Below the pieces are notes generated by a model, which worked only from the letters and a program-made list of their open reading frames with translations, did not search any database and was not told where the DNA came from. 46,224 nucleotides of DNA from an uncultured Candidatus Saccharibacteria bacterium (lineage in GTDB: Bacteria > Patescibacteriota > Minisyncoccia > Phycocordibacterales > Phycocordibacteraceae). The position numbers and the translations under genes are program-made. The DNA lies in contig CAYHKM010000001.1 of the NCBI GenBank assembly GCA_964357285.1, positions 1 through 46,224 of the forward strand. The letters are read 5' to 3'. Shown here one piece after another: positions 18,452 through 27,922 of the stretch. The stretch's first letter is position 1. Every line of letters starts with the position of its first letter.

Positions 18452-19021
18452 ATGAAGCGTACAGAATTAACGCTTTCCGGGCTCTGCATCATCGAGACAG
18501 AAACGCATAACGATGCGCGGGGATTTTTTATGGAAACCTACCATCGTGAGAAATTCGCATCGCTCGGGATCACGAAGGCGTTCGTCCAAGATAACCACTC
18601 GCGTTCCGTCCAGGGAGTCGTCCGAGGCCTCAAGTTCCAGTTTGACGAACCGGCCGATAAGCTGATCCGCGTGCTTCAGGGGAGTATATTCGCTGTCGGA
18701 GTCGATATGCGCCCTTCCTCCAGGACCTTCGGGAAATGGGCCGCCGTCGAACTTTCCTCCGATAACAGAAAAACGATGTACCTTCCGTTCGGATTCGCGT
18801 TCGGGTTCTGCGCTCTTTCTGAGACCGCAGATGTCTTGTACAAGCTTTCAGCAGTACACAACGAGCACGGGAGCGGGACGATCCGTTGGAACGATCCGGA
18901 TATAGGCATTTCCTGGCCGTCGATTGCCCGGCTTGTTTCTCCGGGAGATGCGCAAGCGCCGAGCTTCAAAAAGTGGATCGCGTCAGGCGGTTCAACCGCA
19001 ATCGAGCGGGCATCGCAATGA
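18452..19021 (+). CDS. rfbC: dTDP-4-dehydrorhamnose 3,5-epimerase
   Basis: GLCIIETETHNDARGFFMETY, QDNHSRSVQGVVRGLKFQ, and ~189 aa cupin length. Confidence 0.9.
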   Translation: MKRTELTLSGLCIIETETHNDARGFFMETYHREKFASLGITKAFVQDNHSRSVQGVVRGLKFQFDEPADKLIRVLQGSIFAVGVDMRPSSRTFGKWAAVELSSDNRKTMYLPFGFAFGFCALSETADVLYKLSAVHNEHGSGTIRWNDPDIGISWPSIARLVSPGDAQAPSFKKWIASGGSTAIERASQ

Positions 19022-19773
19022 ACACCGAGAGGAATCGCATCGTCGTCTATACTGCTATTTTCGGCAAGAAAGACGACCTTCACGAACCGAAACGCGTTCC
19101 AAACGGGTGTGACTTCATCTGTTTCACTGATCAGGACTTTCACTCAAAAATCTGGAAGGTGATCAAGGTGCATCGTCCGCTTCCTGATCCCACTCGGTCG
19201 GCGAGGATGTACAAGGTGCTTGCGCACCGATTCCTCAAGGAATATGAATGCAGCGTGTGGGTAGATGGAAACATTGTCGTTCGCGGCGACGTTTCTGAAC
19301 TGGTTGAGAAATGCCTTGGAAACATCAATATGGTTGTTGGAGACCATTCAAAAAGCTTGTTCATGTCTATTAATTCGCTCCAAGGCGGCCTCGATCGTCT
19401 TTTATGGATGGAGCGCATTGGGAAACACCAAGACGATGCTGACCTGATGCGCCGTCAATACGCCGCATACCGTGCCGAAGGATTTCCCGACGCCGGCGGT
19501 CTCTTGTGGAGTTTGGTCCTTCTTCGTCGCCACAACGAGCCGGATGTGAAGAAGGCGATGGAAGTATGGTGGGCAGAGATCGAGCGCTGGTCGAAGCGCG
19601 ACCAGATGAGCTTCAATTACGTCGCGTGGAAGAACCAGTTCCCGTTCGCCTACCTCCCGTTCGACCCCGCGGATAATCCCTATTTCAAGCGCGTATCACA
19701 CTATCTACCGTGGCACCGGAAGCTCTATTCGTACTGGCTCGGAGCCCTGAAGCGGATCGCGAACTTCTTCTAA
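19018..19773 (+). CDS. DUF616 (TOD1/MUCI70-like) glycosyltransferase
   Basis: Start trimmed to ATG 19018 (ATGA overlap). VVYTAIFGKKDDL...CFTDQDF...WVDGNI pattern is typical of DUF616. Confidence 0.65.
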   Translation: MNTERNRIVVYTAIFGKKDDLHEPKRVPNGCDFICFTDQDFHSKIWKVIKVHRPLPDPTRSARMYKVLAHRFLKEYECSVWVDGNIVVRGDVSELVEKCLGNINMVVGDHSKSLFMSINSLQGGLDRLLWMERIGKHQDDADLMRRQYAAYRAEGFPDAGGLLWSLVLLRRHNEPDVKKAMEVWWAEIERWSKRDQMSFNYVAWKNQFPFAYLPFDPADNPYFKRVSHYLPWHRKLYSYWLGALKRIANFF

Positions 19774-19792
19774 GGGTGATAGAGTTTTGATA

Positions 19793-19821
19793 TTCCACGG
19801 GGCTTCTTACGATGGTATGAT
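19793..19821 (+). promoter_or_regulatory. sigma70-like promoter candidate TTCCAC-17 nt-TATGAT with TG extension
   Basis: TTCCAC 19793-98, TGg at 19813-15, TATGAT 19816-21. Lies in the 104-nt intergenic gap before ATG 19878. Confidence 0.4.
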
Positions 19822-19877
19822 GCCGCGAAGCATGCGTTTTTCTGCACCCGGATTTTTATTACACGTCTCCTAAGTTT

Positions 19878-20570
19878 ATGATTGCAAAGGTTTTCAAGAA
19901 AATACAACGATTATTGCGCATTGCTCGCGTGTACCTTTCAAGCGAGAATCCCTGGTACATCACAGCGTTCTGGCGCCACTTTTACCAACGGCATAAGCGC
20001 ACGCACGACAACACCTTCTGGCTCGGAGTGAACGCCGTGAAGCCGCCGACGGACCTTTGGGTGTATCAGGAGATCATCTTCGAGAAAAAACCGGACGTCA
20101 TCATCGAGACTGGCACAAAATATGGAGGAACGACATTTTACCTCGCGACCATCTGCGATCTTGTGGGGCGCGGGAAAATAGTCAGCGTGGACATCGAATC
20201 CAGGGAACGCCGCACACATCCCCGTATAACCTACCTCACTGGCTCTTCGATTGCTGATGATACTCTTTCGAAAATTCGAAACGTCATTAAATCCGGAGAT
20301 CGTGTGATGGTCATCCTCGACAGCGACCACCACTACACATTCGTAAAGGATGAATTACCTCTCTATGCACAGTTCGTCACCGCAGAGCAGTATCTGATAG
20401 TGGAAGACACCTCGGTCAACGGAAATCCCGTTTTCGAAGAGTATCCGGACGGCGGGCCAATGCAGGCCGTTGAAGAATTTCTGCCGTTACATCCGGAGTT
20501 TACAGCTGATCGTAGTCGTGAGAAGTTTTGGCTTACCTACAACCCGAAAGGATATCTCTTAAGAACCTAG
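19878..20570 (+). CDS. CmcI (cephalosporin hydroxylase)-family methyltransferase, sugar O-methyltransferase-like
   Basis: WLGVNAVKPPTDLWVYQEIIFEKKPDVIIETGTKYGGTTFYLA is the CmcI-family core. Confidence 0.75.
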   Translation: MIAKVFKKIQRLLRIARVYLSSENPWYITAFWRHFYQRHKRTHDNTFWLGVNAVKPPTDLWVYQEIIFEKKPDVIIETGTKYGGTTFYLATICDLVGRGKIVSVDIESRERRTHPRITYLTGSSIADDTLSKIRNVIKSGDRVMVILDSDHHYTFVKDELPLYAQFVTAEQYLIVEDTSVNGNPVFEEYPDGGPMQAVEEFLPLHPEFTADRSREKFWLTYNPKGYLLRT

Positions 20571-20596
20571 GGACGCCTGCACGAGTACTATCCGTC

Positions 20597-21466
20597 ATGC
20601 CCCAGGTCTCTGTCGTCATACCGACCAAGAACCGCCCGGAACTCCTTCGGCAGGCGCTTACGTCCGTCGTGGGGCAGACCTTTAAGGACCTCGAGGTCAT
20701 CGTTGTTGACGATGGAACAGGCGCCGAGGAAACATGCCGCTCGTTCCCGACGTTAGCGCTCCGAATCGTTCAGAACGCTCCGAAGCAGGGAGGCGCTTCC
20801 GCACGGAACACGGGAGTGGGGGAGGCACAGGGAGAATTCATCGCGTTCCTTGATGACGACGACCGATGGGTGCCGGAGAAACTTGAAAAGCAACTCGCGC
20901 TCTTCCGCGCCACGCCAGACGCCGCGTTTTCTTTCACTTCCGTACGGAACGTCTACGACGACAGGGAAGAAGTGACACATGTCCCGTCGGGGTGCATGAA
21001 CTTTCTCGAGCGCGCCCTGACCCGCTTCAGCGGGTTTCTCACCTCGACCCTGATGGCACGGAAAAAAGCGCTTCTCGCCGTGGGCGGGTTTGATGAGTCG
21101 CTTCCGTCGCACCAAGAGCCGGATCTCGTCATACGTCTGTCACGGAATTTCGACGGCGTGGGCATCGACGAGCCCCTGACGGTAATGAGCATGTCACGCT
21201 CCTACGAACACATCAGCTCGAACCTCGAGCGGAGGATTGCGGGTCGCACAGCACTCCTCGCGAAGCATGCGCCCCTTTTCTCGGCGCGCCCGAAGGTTCT
21301 CGCCAAGCACTATTTCCGCATCGCTCTGTGGTATCGCGACAGCGGCAAGCGCCGCGACGCCCATGCGTATTTCGGAAAAGCACTCGCGACGTCGTTCACG
21401 TTCCGCGCTTTCGCGCACTGGCTCATGTCGTTTCTTCCCTCGACGAGAGAAGGGACATCTTCCTGA
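20597..21466 (+). CDS. GT2-family glycosyltransferase
   Basis: Start trimmed to ATG 20597. VSVVIPTKNRPELLRQALTSVVGQTF, VVDDGT, AFLDDDD (DXD). Confidence 0.85.
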   Translation: MPQVSVVIPTKNRPELLRQALTSVVGQTFKDLEVIVVDDGTGAEETCRSFPTLALRIVQNAPKQGGASARNTGVGEAQGEFIAFLDDDDRWVPEKLEKQLALFRATPDAAFSFTSVRNVYDDREEVTHVPSGCMNFLERALTRFSGFLTSTLMARKKALLAVGGFDESLPSHQEPDLVIRLSRNFDGVGIDEPLTVMSMSRSYEHISSNLERRIAGRTALLAKHAPLFSARPKVLAKHYFRIALWYRDSGKRRDAHAYFGKALATSFTFRAFAHWLMSFLPSTREGTSS

Positions 21467-23216
21467 AGTACGATTTTTCGTTTTTCATGAGCGCATCTGG
21501 AGAGCCGGATTCGACGATGATGCCTTTGTCGAGCGCGATGACCCTGTCCGCGTCCTGAATGGTCGAGATGCGATGTGCAATCATGACGATGGTCACGCTT
21601 CCACGAATACCGGCGAGTGTTTCTTGGACGGCCCTTTCTGACTCGTTGTCGAGGGCGCTCGTGGCTTCGTCAAGAATGAGAATGTGCGGATTCCGCACGA
21701 GCGCCCGCGCAATCGCGATGCGCTGGCGCTGTCCTCCGGAGAGCTTCACGCCGCGTTCGCCCACGATCGTTTGGAATCCCTCGGGGAGTTTTTCGATGGT
21801 CGAAAGCATGTTGGCGCGCTCGGCTGCGCCGCGGACCCCTTCCGAATCGATTGCACCGTCGTAGAAGCGGATATTGTTTTCGATTGTGTCATTCAAAAGG
21901 AACACATCTTGCGAGACATAGCCCACATTCTGCCGCCATGATGAAAAAGCAACCTCGCCGATATCTTTCCCGTCGATTTGGATAGCCCCCTTTTGCGGGT
22001 TCAGAAGACGGAGGAGGAGGTCGGCGACGGTTGTTTTTCCCGAGCCGGACGGGCCTATGATGCCAACTGTTTCGCCCTTTCGTATCTCGAAAGAAAGCCC
22101 GTCAAGGATTCGCGTCGTGCCGTAGCCGAACCCGACGCCTTTGAATGTGAGGGTCTTCTCGAATGAGAAGGGGAGAATTCCGCCGCTTTGCTCAGCGGCT
22201 TCGCTCAAAGCGTCTCGGTAGCGCACGATGCCGCGAAGACTGGGTATGTAGGTATTGATGACCTGTAGTTTTGATTGGAAGGACTGCAGGAATCCGAAAA
22301 GCTTCTGAATCACATAAATGACCGCGACGAACGAACCGAGCGCGAATCCCGGCGCTCGGTAGGAGGTGAGGAAAACGATGCCGATGAAAATGAAGCTCAT
22401 CGGCTCGAAGAAGGATGTTGCGAAGAGCTTGTAGAACACCATGCGCATTCGGGACCTGAAAATTCTGCTGAATTCAGTGAATGCTTTACGGGATGCACCC
22501 TCTTCGGCGGCAAGCGCTTTCACGGTCTTTACGCCGCTCACATGTTCCGTGATGTAGTGGGCGGCCTCTTTCTCCGCCTCAACGAGTTCCTGAGAGATAT
22601 TTTGAATGCTCGCATAAAATCCGCGGAGGAAAAAAAAGAGGAGCGATCCGAGCGCGAGAACGATGAGCGTAGTTTTGATGGATATGAGAAATGCCGCAGC
22701 GAGGTAGATGATGAGTGAGGTCACAACAAGGATAAGCGCAGACATCTCGAAGATGACCTGTCCGGCGCGATTCGCCTCGGTCATGATAAAGCGCTCCACA
22801 TGGCCCGTCTTCTGTTCAAGCAGATACGGCCATTTGGCTTTCAAAATGCCCGCAAAGAGGGCTTTTTTTGTGTTCTCCTCATATGTTTCGGCCATCCGTT
22901 CTCCGTAGTGGCTTGCGAAGAAAAGAATGACCGCTTTCGCGACGAAGACCGTAAACATGAACGCGAGGAGATATGGCGCTTCCAGGGGGATGTGGAGCGT
23001 GTCGAATAGCCCCTCCATGAGGGAAGCCATCCTACCGCCCGCGGGGATGCCGCCGGTGAGGTATGAAAAAAGCGGAATAAGAACGCCGATGCCGATGCCA
23101 CCCAAGATTCCGCCTACGATGCCGAGAAACGTCGTTACAACGAATACTTTCTCGTACCCGCGAAATGCGCTCCCTACTAGGAGCGCGAACTCCCGCATCT
23201 GATGGAGATTCGGCAT
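21423..23216 (-). CDS. ABC exporter, fused permease + ATPase (MsbA/PglK-type)
   Basis: Six-helix TMD then NBD: Walker A GPSGSGKTT, signature LSGGQRQRIAIARAL, Walker B ILILDEATSALD. ORF-track start 23246 is TTG. ATG 23216 is preceded by AAGAAAGG. The 3' end overlaps the convergent GT2 gene by 44 nt. Confidence 0.9.
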   Translation of the reverse strand: MPNLHQMREFALLVGSAFRGYEKVFVVTTFLGIVGGILGGIGIGVLIPLFSYLTGGIPAGGRMASLMEGLFDTLHIPLEAPYLLAFMFTVFVAKAVILFFASHYGERMAETYEENTKKALFAGILKAKWPYLLEQKTGHVERFIMTEANRAGQVIFEMSALILVVTSLIIYLAAAFLISIKTTLIVLALGSLLFFFLRGFYASIQNISQELVEAEKEAAHYITEHVSGVKTVKALAAEEGASRKAFTEFSRIFRSRMRMVFYKLFATSFFEPMSFIFIGIVFLTSYRAPGFALGSFVAVIYVIQKLFGFLQSFQSKLQVINTYIPSLRGIVRYRDALSEAAEQSGGILPFSFEKTLTFKGVGFGYGTTRILDGLSFEIRKGETVGIIGPSGSGKTTVADLLLRLLNPQKGAIQIDGKDIGEVAFSSWRQNVGYVSQDVFLLNDTIENNIRFYDGAIDSEGVRGAAERANMLSTIEKLPEGFQTIVGERGVKLSGGQRQRIAIARALVRNPHILILDEATSALDNESERAVQETLAGIRGSVTIVMIAHRISTIQDADRVIALDKGIIVESGSPDALMKNEKSYFRKMSLLSSREETT

Positions 23217-23340
23217 GTAACCTTTCTTACAGCGCGAAGTATACAATAGTTACACGGCCGGAATATGTCCGGCTTTTGACTTATCTCTCCGGAAGAAATA
23301 GAATCAAAGCCACTACCGCGGCGCGCGCAAACCTATCACG

Positions 23341-24894
23341 ATGGAAAAACCTATGAAAGCCGACCAGGAGGAGGCGGCCGATTTCCTTAAAGAATGGAAA
23401 GACATATCGTCGAAAGACGTTTTTGAGCGGCGTCTTTTTCTTGAGGATTTCGGGGGCATCTGGAACAAGATATGGAATAAGGACGCGTTGCCTCGGGATA
23501 TATTTGCGCACCGCCTCTTCATGCGCACGTACTCGACGTTCGACCGGTTCATTCCGAACGACTACCACGGCTCCATACTCGCGATCGGCGCCGGGACGGG
23601 AAAGGCGGGCATCAAGCTAGCCCGGAACCTGCCCCAAAGCTCGGTTACCGTCGCGTCGAACGATTCGAAATCCGTCGAGGTCATCAAGGTTATTCTCTCG
23701 GAGTTCGGTCTTGCGAACGCGACTGCGGCCAAGGAAACCCCGGAAAATCTCTCGTTCCCGGACAACTCGTTCAACATGGTCCTTGTCGACGCCATCGAAG
23801 GGTCTTTCTCGGATTACGACAAAGCCCTTGCCGAGGCGGTACGCGTCCTGAAACCGGGCGGACAGCTCATCATTGTCGGTCTGAATCGTTCTCATCTCAT
23901 GTATTCCATCTACAGCCGTCTTGCCGGAGTTGGGTTCATCTACGACTACGAGAAATCGTTCGGCAAAGGAGAGCTCGTGCGCGGGCTCCGCACCCTCGGA
24001 CTTTCCGTCTCTGTGGCACAAGGATTTGATCCGGGCTATGGCTCGTACGCGATGGACACGACGCCGGCGTCACTCCGGGCGCTCGGACGCTTTGCGGACA
24101 AGCTCGTCCGTATCGCGAACAAGCTTTTCTTCGGCGCAATCGTCGATTCGTTCGGCCTCGGGCTCTTCGTCATGGCTGAAAAGCCCGCCGACAAGAAAGC
24201 GATGGAGCTTGCGGCGATGGCGGAAATCACCGAACAAGTTAGAAAACCGTTACCTTCGGATAAGGAATTGAAGCGAGTCGAGATAATTGTTCTCAAGTAC
24301 AAGGACCCAGAGGTCGAGTGGCGAGCCGCGAAGCATCTCCTCGAGAATACCGAATGGCCCTATAAGATGAATTTTTTCGACAACCGTCCCGGCACCAAGA
24401 ACATGGCGAAGGCGTGTAATAAGCTCATCCGGGAGTCCACCTGCGAGTACGTCCTCATCATGGACTCAGACGTCTTTGTGCCGAAGCTCGCACCATGTTG
24501 GCTCACGCGCCTCATGTCGAATTTTCTGAAAGAAGATTGTTACGTGTCCTTGCCCAAGGTGACCGTGACCTCGTGTGCGGAGCAGAAAGCGCAGAAGCCT
24601 GAGAACAAACCCGCATACGAGATACGTGCACGCTTTGCCGGCATGTGTGTCCTTTATAAGAAAGAAATCTTTGAGAAGGTCGGGTATTTTGATGAGGAGT
24701 TCCTCCTCAGAGGTTCTGATGTCGAGTGGGTCGACCGCTTATTCAAATCTCCCTACAAGGCGTACATAAGCCCGGACGTCCTCGTAGACCATGTCGGGAG
24801 CTACTCCTCCAAAAAATCTGACAAGAAAGCCGAGTTCAGCCGAGCCTTGGAGCGCATTTACGCCAATACTCTTTACAATAAAAAACGGTCTTGA
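23341..24894 (+). CDS. fusion: class I SAM methyltransferase + GT2-like glycosyltransferase
   Basis: N-terminal part has ILAIGAGTGKAG and VLKPGGQLIIVG. C-terminal part has VEIIVLKYKDPEV..., YVLIMDSDVFV (DxD) and FAGMCVLYKKEIF. The start could be the second ATG at 23353. Confidence 0.7.
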   Translation: MEKPMKADQEEAADFLKEWKDISSKDVFERRLFLEDFGGIWNKIWNKDALPRDIFAHRLFMRTYSTFDRFIPNDYHGSILAIGAGTGKAGIKLARNLPQSSVTVASNDSKSVEVIKVILSEFGLANATAAKETPENLSFPDNSFNMVLVDAIEGSFSDYDKALAEAVRVLKPGGQLIIVGLNRSHLMYSIYSRLAGVGFIYDYEKSFGKGELVRGLRTLGLSVSVAQGFDPGYGSYAMDTTPASLRALGRFADKLVRIANKLFFGAIVDSFGLGLFVMAEKPADKKAMELAAMAEITEQVRKPLPSDKELKRVEIIVLKYKDPEVEWRAAKHLLENTEWPYKMNFFDNRPGTKNMAKACNKLIRESTCEYVLIMDSDVFVPKLAPCWLTRLMSNFLKEDCYVSLPKVTVTSCAEQKAQKPENKPAYEIRARFAGMCVLYKKEIFEKVGYFDEEFLLRGSDVEWVDRLFKSPYKAYISPDVLVDHVGSYSSKKSDKKAEFSRALERIYANTLYNKKRS

Positions 24895-24918
24895 AACCGG
24901 GGAGTTTACAGGATGATT

Positions 24919-25698
24919 CTAGGCAGAAAGGCAGAAAAAGATTGGTTCTTGCGGATCAAGTGCGTATTTTTTTATTTCTTTTTCTGAAAGAAATGCATTC
25001 GGGAAGATCATCTCCACGATGAATCCAGCCTTTCGAAGCCGGTCAGGATAGTCGGTTCCATAAATGCGTACGTGATCAGATTGTCCGAAAACGCGTTCTC
25101 GTTCCCCAGGCCTTTGTACCCGCGGATCCTCGAATGTCTTTGTAAGTAATGGTGAGTAAGGCACTTGCAATATTGCAATTCCGCCTGACCTCAATACCCG
25201 GTAGAGTTCGTGCATCGCTCTCGCGTCATCGATGATGTGCTCGAGCACGTGGCTGCAGATGACGAGGTCGAACCTTTCATTCGCAAAAGGAATCTTTTGG
25301 ATATCAAAGGTTGTATCTGCCGCCCCGGGTTCGATGTCTCCGCTTATGTGGGTGCCGCGGGAACGCCTTTTGAGCGTGTGCTGGAGGTTTTTTTCCGGCG
25401 CTATGTGAAGAATGTCTAAGGGATTTGAAAACGCGCCGGTTCTTCTCTTGAGAAAAAGATATATGAGCCGTTCGCGAGCAGAGGAATTGCATCTCGGACA
25501 TCGGACATTTTTCCTTCTGCCTGCCGAAATGACCTGATAGCGCGAAAGGACGGGAAAATCGAACCCGGCAGGATAGAAGTAACGGGCGTGCCAACCGCAC
25601 AGAGGGCACGCGTAGGCAAAGCCGAACGTCTTCCAAAGCCCATATGTTCTTTTAAGTGTAGTAAAAAATCCTCGAATATTATGACTGTTTCGCTTCAT
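24919..25698 (-). CDS. class I SAM methyltransferase with N-terminal CxxC...CxxC zinc-ribbon
   Basis: Start trimmed to ATG at 25698. CPLCGWHARY and RCPRCNSSARERL; VICSHVLEHI; LRSGGIAILQVP. Confidence 0.75.
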   Translation of the reverse strand: MKRNSHNIRGFFTTLKRTYGLWKTFGFAYACPLCGWHARYFYPAGFDFPVLSRYQVISAGRRKNVRCPRCNSSARERLIYLFLKRRTGAFSNPLDILHIAPEKNLQHTLKRRSRGTHISGDIEPGAADTTFDIQKIPFANERFDLVICSHVLEHIIDDARAMHELYRVLRSGGIAILQVPYSPLLTKTFEDPRVQRPGERERVFGQSDHVRIYGTDYPDRLRKAGFIVEMIFPNAFLSEKEIKKYALDPQEPIFFCLSA

Positions 25699-25764
25699 CG
25701 TTGTATGGGGTAACCTCGTCGGTCGGAGAAGGGTACTCGTAGAGTAGCATTCTGCAACGTCGGC

Positions 25765-25773
25765 TGTTATCTT
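25765..25773 (+). promoter_or_regulatory. extended -10-like TGtTATCTT, 7 nt before ATG 25781
   Basis: TGTTATCTTgtacccgATG. ORF-track start 25772 is a TTG inside this motif. Confidence 0.35.
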
Positions 25774-25780
25774 GTACCCG

Positions 25781-26716
25781 ATGAATGGTACTCCTAAGAC
25801 AGTTATCGTGACCGGAGGCCTCGGGCACATCGGCTCCGCGCTTATCCGCGGATTTGGTCCGGGCGTCGGAGAAGTGCGCATCATAGATAATCTCCGTACG
25901 CAACGCTACGCTTCTCTTTTTGATCTCCCCAAAATGCCGCGCGTGGTTTTTTATGAAGAGGACATCATGACAGCAAATCTCGAGAAACGCTTTGAAGGTG
26001 CGGATGTTGTGGTGCATTGCGCCGCCATCACGGACGCAGAAGCAACGGTTGACGAACAAACAGAGACCGAGCGAGTGAATTATCAAGGACTTGTGCGAGT
26101 GGCCGACGCTTGCGAAAAGACCAGTGCTCGACTCGTTTTTCCGTCGACTACCAGCGTGTACGGAAGTCAGGCGGCTTTGGTTGATGAGACCTGTACCGAG
26201 CTCGCGCCTCAAAGCCCGTACGCCGACTCGAAACTCAAGGCTGAAGCGTATCTCGCAGGGAAGCGAGATACGGCCCTCCGGTTCGTAACGTGCCGCTTCG
26301 GGACCATCTTCGGGTGGTCGCCCGGCATGCGCTTTCACACAGCCGTGAACAAATTCATCTGGCAGGCCGTGACCGGGAGGCCCATTACCGTCTGGAGGAC
26401 GGCGTGGGAGCAGAAACGTCCCTACTTAGGGCTCGACGATTGCGTCAGGTCCATCAATTTCATACTCGACCGCGACCTCTTCGACGGCGAGATCTACAAT
26501 GTGGTTACAAAAAATTTCACCGTGAAAGATATCGTCGAGACCATCAAAAGATTCATACCCTCGCTCGAAGTCGCCTATGTCGACTCAAAAATCATGAATC
26601 AGCTCTCGTACGATGTGGACGCCTCGAAGATCGCGAAAAAAGGATTCATCCCGACAGGGGACCTTGCGGAAGGGATTGGTGGAACGGTGAAGCGTCTTGC
26701 GGGCATCGCGCGCTAA
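25781..26716 (+). CDS. NAD-dependent sugar-nucleotide epimerase/reductase (SDR)
   Basis: VIVTGGLGHIGSALIRGF, STTSVYG, YADSKLKAE (YxxxK). Confidence 0.8.
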   Translation: MNGTPKTVIVTGGLGHIGSALIRGFGPGVGEVRIIDNLRTQRYASLFDLPKMPRVVFYEEDIMTANLEKRFEGADVVVHCAAITDAEATVDEQTETERVNYQGLVRVADACEKTSARLVFPSTTSVYGSQAALVDETCTELAPQSPYADSKLKAEAYLAGKRDTALRFVTCRFGTIFGWSPGMRFHTAVNKFIWQAVTGRPITVWRTAWEQKRPYLGLDDCVRSINFILDRDLFDGEIYNVVTKNFTVKDIVETIKRFIPSLEVAYVDSKIMNQLSYDVDASKIAKKGFIPTGDLAEGIGGTVKRLAGIAR

Positions 26717-26726
26717 TATACGGCCT

Positions 26727-27902
26727 ATGGATATTCGACTCGACCCCGTTATCGATTTCGGCCGGATGCCCATCGCAAACGCGTTCGTGACCCCCGAGGA
26801 ATTCGCGAACGAATACTTCTACGACATGGTGGTCGGGTACGATGCGAAAACCCATGCCATAGGGCTCGTGAACACGATCCCGCCCGAAAAAATGTTCCAC
26901 GACCACTACGCGTTCTTCTCCTCGACCTCGAAGGGGATGCAGGAACACTTCAAGAAAACCGCCGAGAAGCTCTTACCGTATGCGGGGAAAGGGCTAGTGG
27001 TCGAAGTGGGTTCGAACGACGGCATCATGCTCGAGGCGTGGAAAAACCTCGGTGTCGCGGCGGTTGGCGTGGAGCCGTCCGCGAACGTCGCAGAAGTCTC
27101 AAAAGGGAAGGGGCACGATGTCATCGTGAAATTCATGAGCGGCGAAGTCGTCGACGAGATACTCGGGCGAGGCAAGGTCTCGGTCGTTTTCGGCGCGAAC
27201 GTCTCCTGCCACATCGAGAATATCGCCGGGTACCTCGATAATGTGACCCGCCTCATCGGCAAGGAAGGTGTGTTCATCTTCGAAGACCCGTACTTCCTCG
27301 ACATCGTTGAGAAGACGTCCTACGACCAGGTATATGACGAGCATCTCTGGTACTTCACGATCTCCTTCATGAACTCGCTCCTCTCGCCCATGGGGTTCCA
27401 TGTCTTCGACTGCGAGCACGTGCCGGTCCATGGTGGAGAGCTCCGCATGTACGTGGGGCATAAAGACACGCACCCGGCAACTCCGGCCGTATCCGACTGG
27501 CTCTCGAAGGAGAGCGATCTTCCGGGGAAGCTCGCACTTCTTAAGAAGAATGTCGAAGCCTCGCGCGTCGCCCTCAAAGATCTCCTCATCTCCCTCAAGA
27601 AGGAGGGGAAACGCATCTGCGGGTTCGGCGCATCATCGAAGGGGGTCATCGTCACGAACTACTGTGGCATCGGGCCGGACTTGGTCCCGTTCATCACCGA
27701 TAACACTCCCGCGAAACAGGGAAAGTACTACCCCGGGGTTCATATTCCCGTGAAGCCCCAGGAAGAATTCAAGGACGTCGATATCGCGGTCCTCTTCGCA
27801 TGGAACCACCTCGCGGAAATCGATGCGCTTCCTATCGTTCAACCCTTCAAGACCGCGGGCGGGAAGTGGGTAACCCATGTCCCGACGCCCCGGTTAGTCT
27901 GA
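26727..27902 (+). CDS. NDP-hexose C-methyltransferase-like (TylCIII/EvaC-type) SAM methyltransferase
   Basis: Start trimmed to ATG 26727 (track start is TTG). VIDFGRMPIANAF...PPEKMFHDHYAFFSSTSKGMQEHF matches the N-terminal module of sugar C-methyltransferases, but the usual CxxC zinc ligands are absent. VVEVGSNDG is SAM motif I. Confidence 0.65.
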   Translation: MDIRLDPVIDFGRMPIANAFVTPEEFANEYFYDMVVGYDAKTHAIGLVNTIPPEKMFHDHYAFFSSTSKGMQEHFKKTAEKLLPYAGKGLVVEVGSNDGIMLEAWKNLGVAAVGVEPSANVAEVSKGKGHDVIVKFMSGEVVDEILGRGKVSVVFGANVSCHIENIAGYLDNVTRLIGKEGVFIFEDPYFLDIVEKTSYDQVYDEHLWYFTISFMNSLLSPMGFHVFDCEHVPVHGGELRMYVGHKDTHPATPAVSDWLSKESDLPGKLALLKKNVEASRVALKDLLISLKKEGKRICGFGASSKGVIVTNYCGIGPDLVPFITDNTPAKQGKYYPGVHIPVKPQEEFKDVDIAVLFAWNHLAEIDALPIVQPFKTAGGKWVTHVPTPRLV

Positions 27903-27922
27903 ATAACACTCTGCAGAGGCGT

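Noticed and set aside
21423-21466. 44-nt convergent overlap of the GT2 and ABC-exporter 3' ends as a regulatory feature
   Set aside because: Tail-to-tail overlaps are common in compact genomes. No hairpin or other signal was evident, so it is noted only as a boundary detail.
23257-23279. Small hairpin GCCGGA-atatg-TCCGGC + TTTT in the divergent region between the ABC exporter and the MT-GT2 gene
   Set aside because: It has only a 6-bp stem and sits upstream of both divergent genes, where a terminator has no obvious role. Evidence is insufficient.
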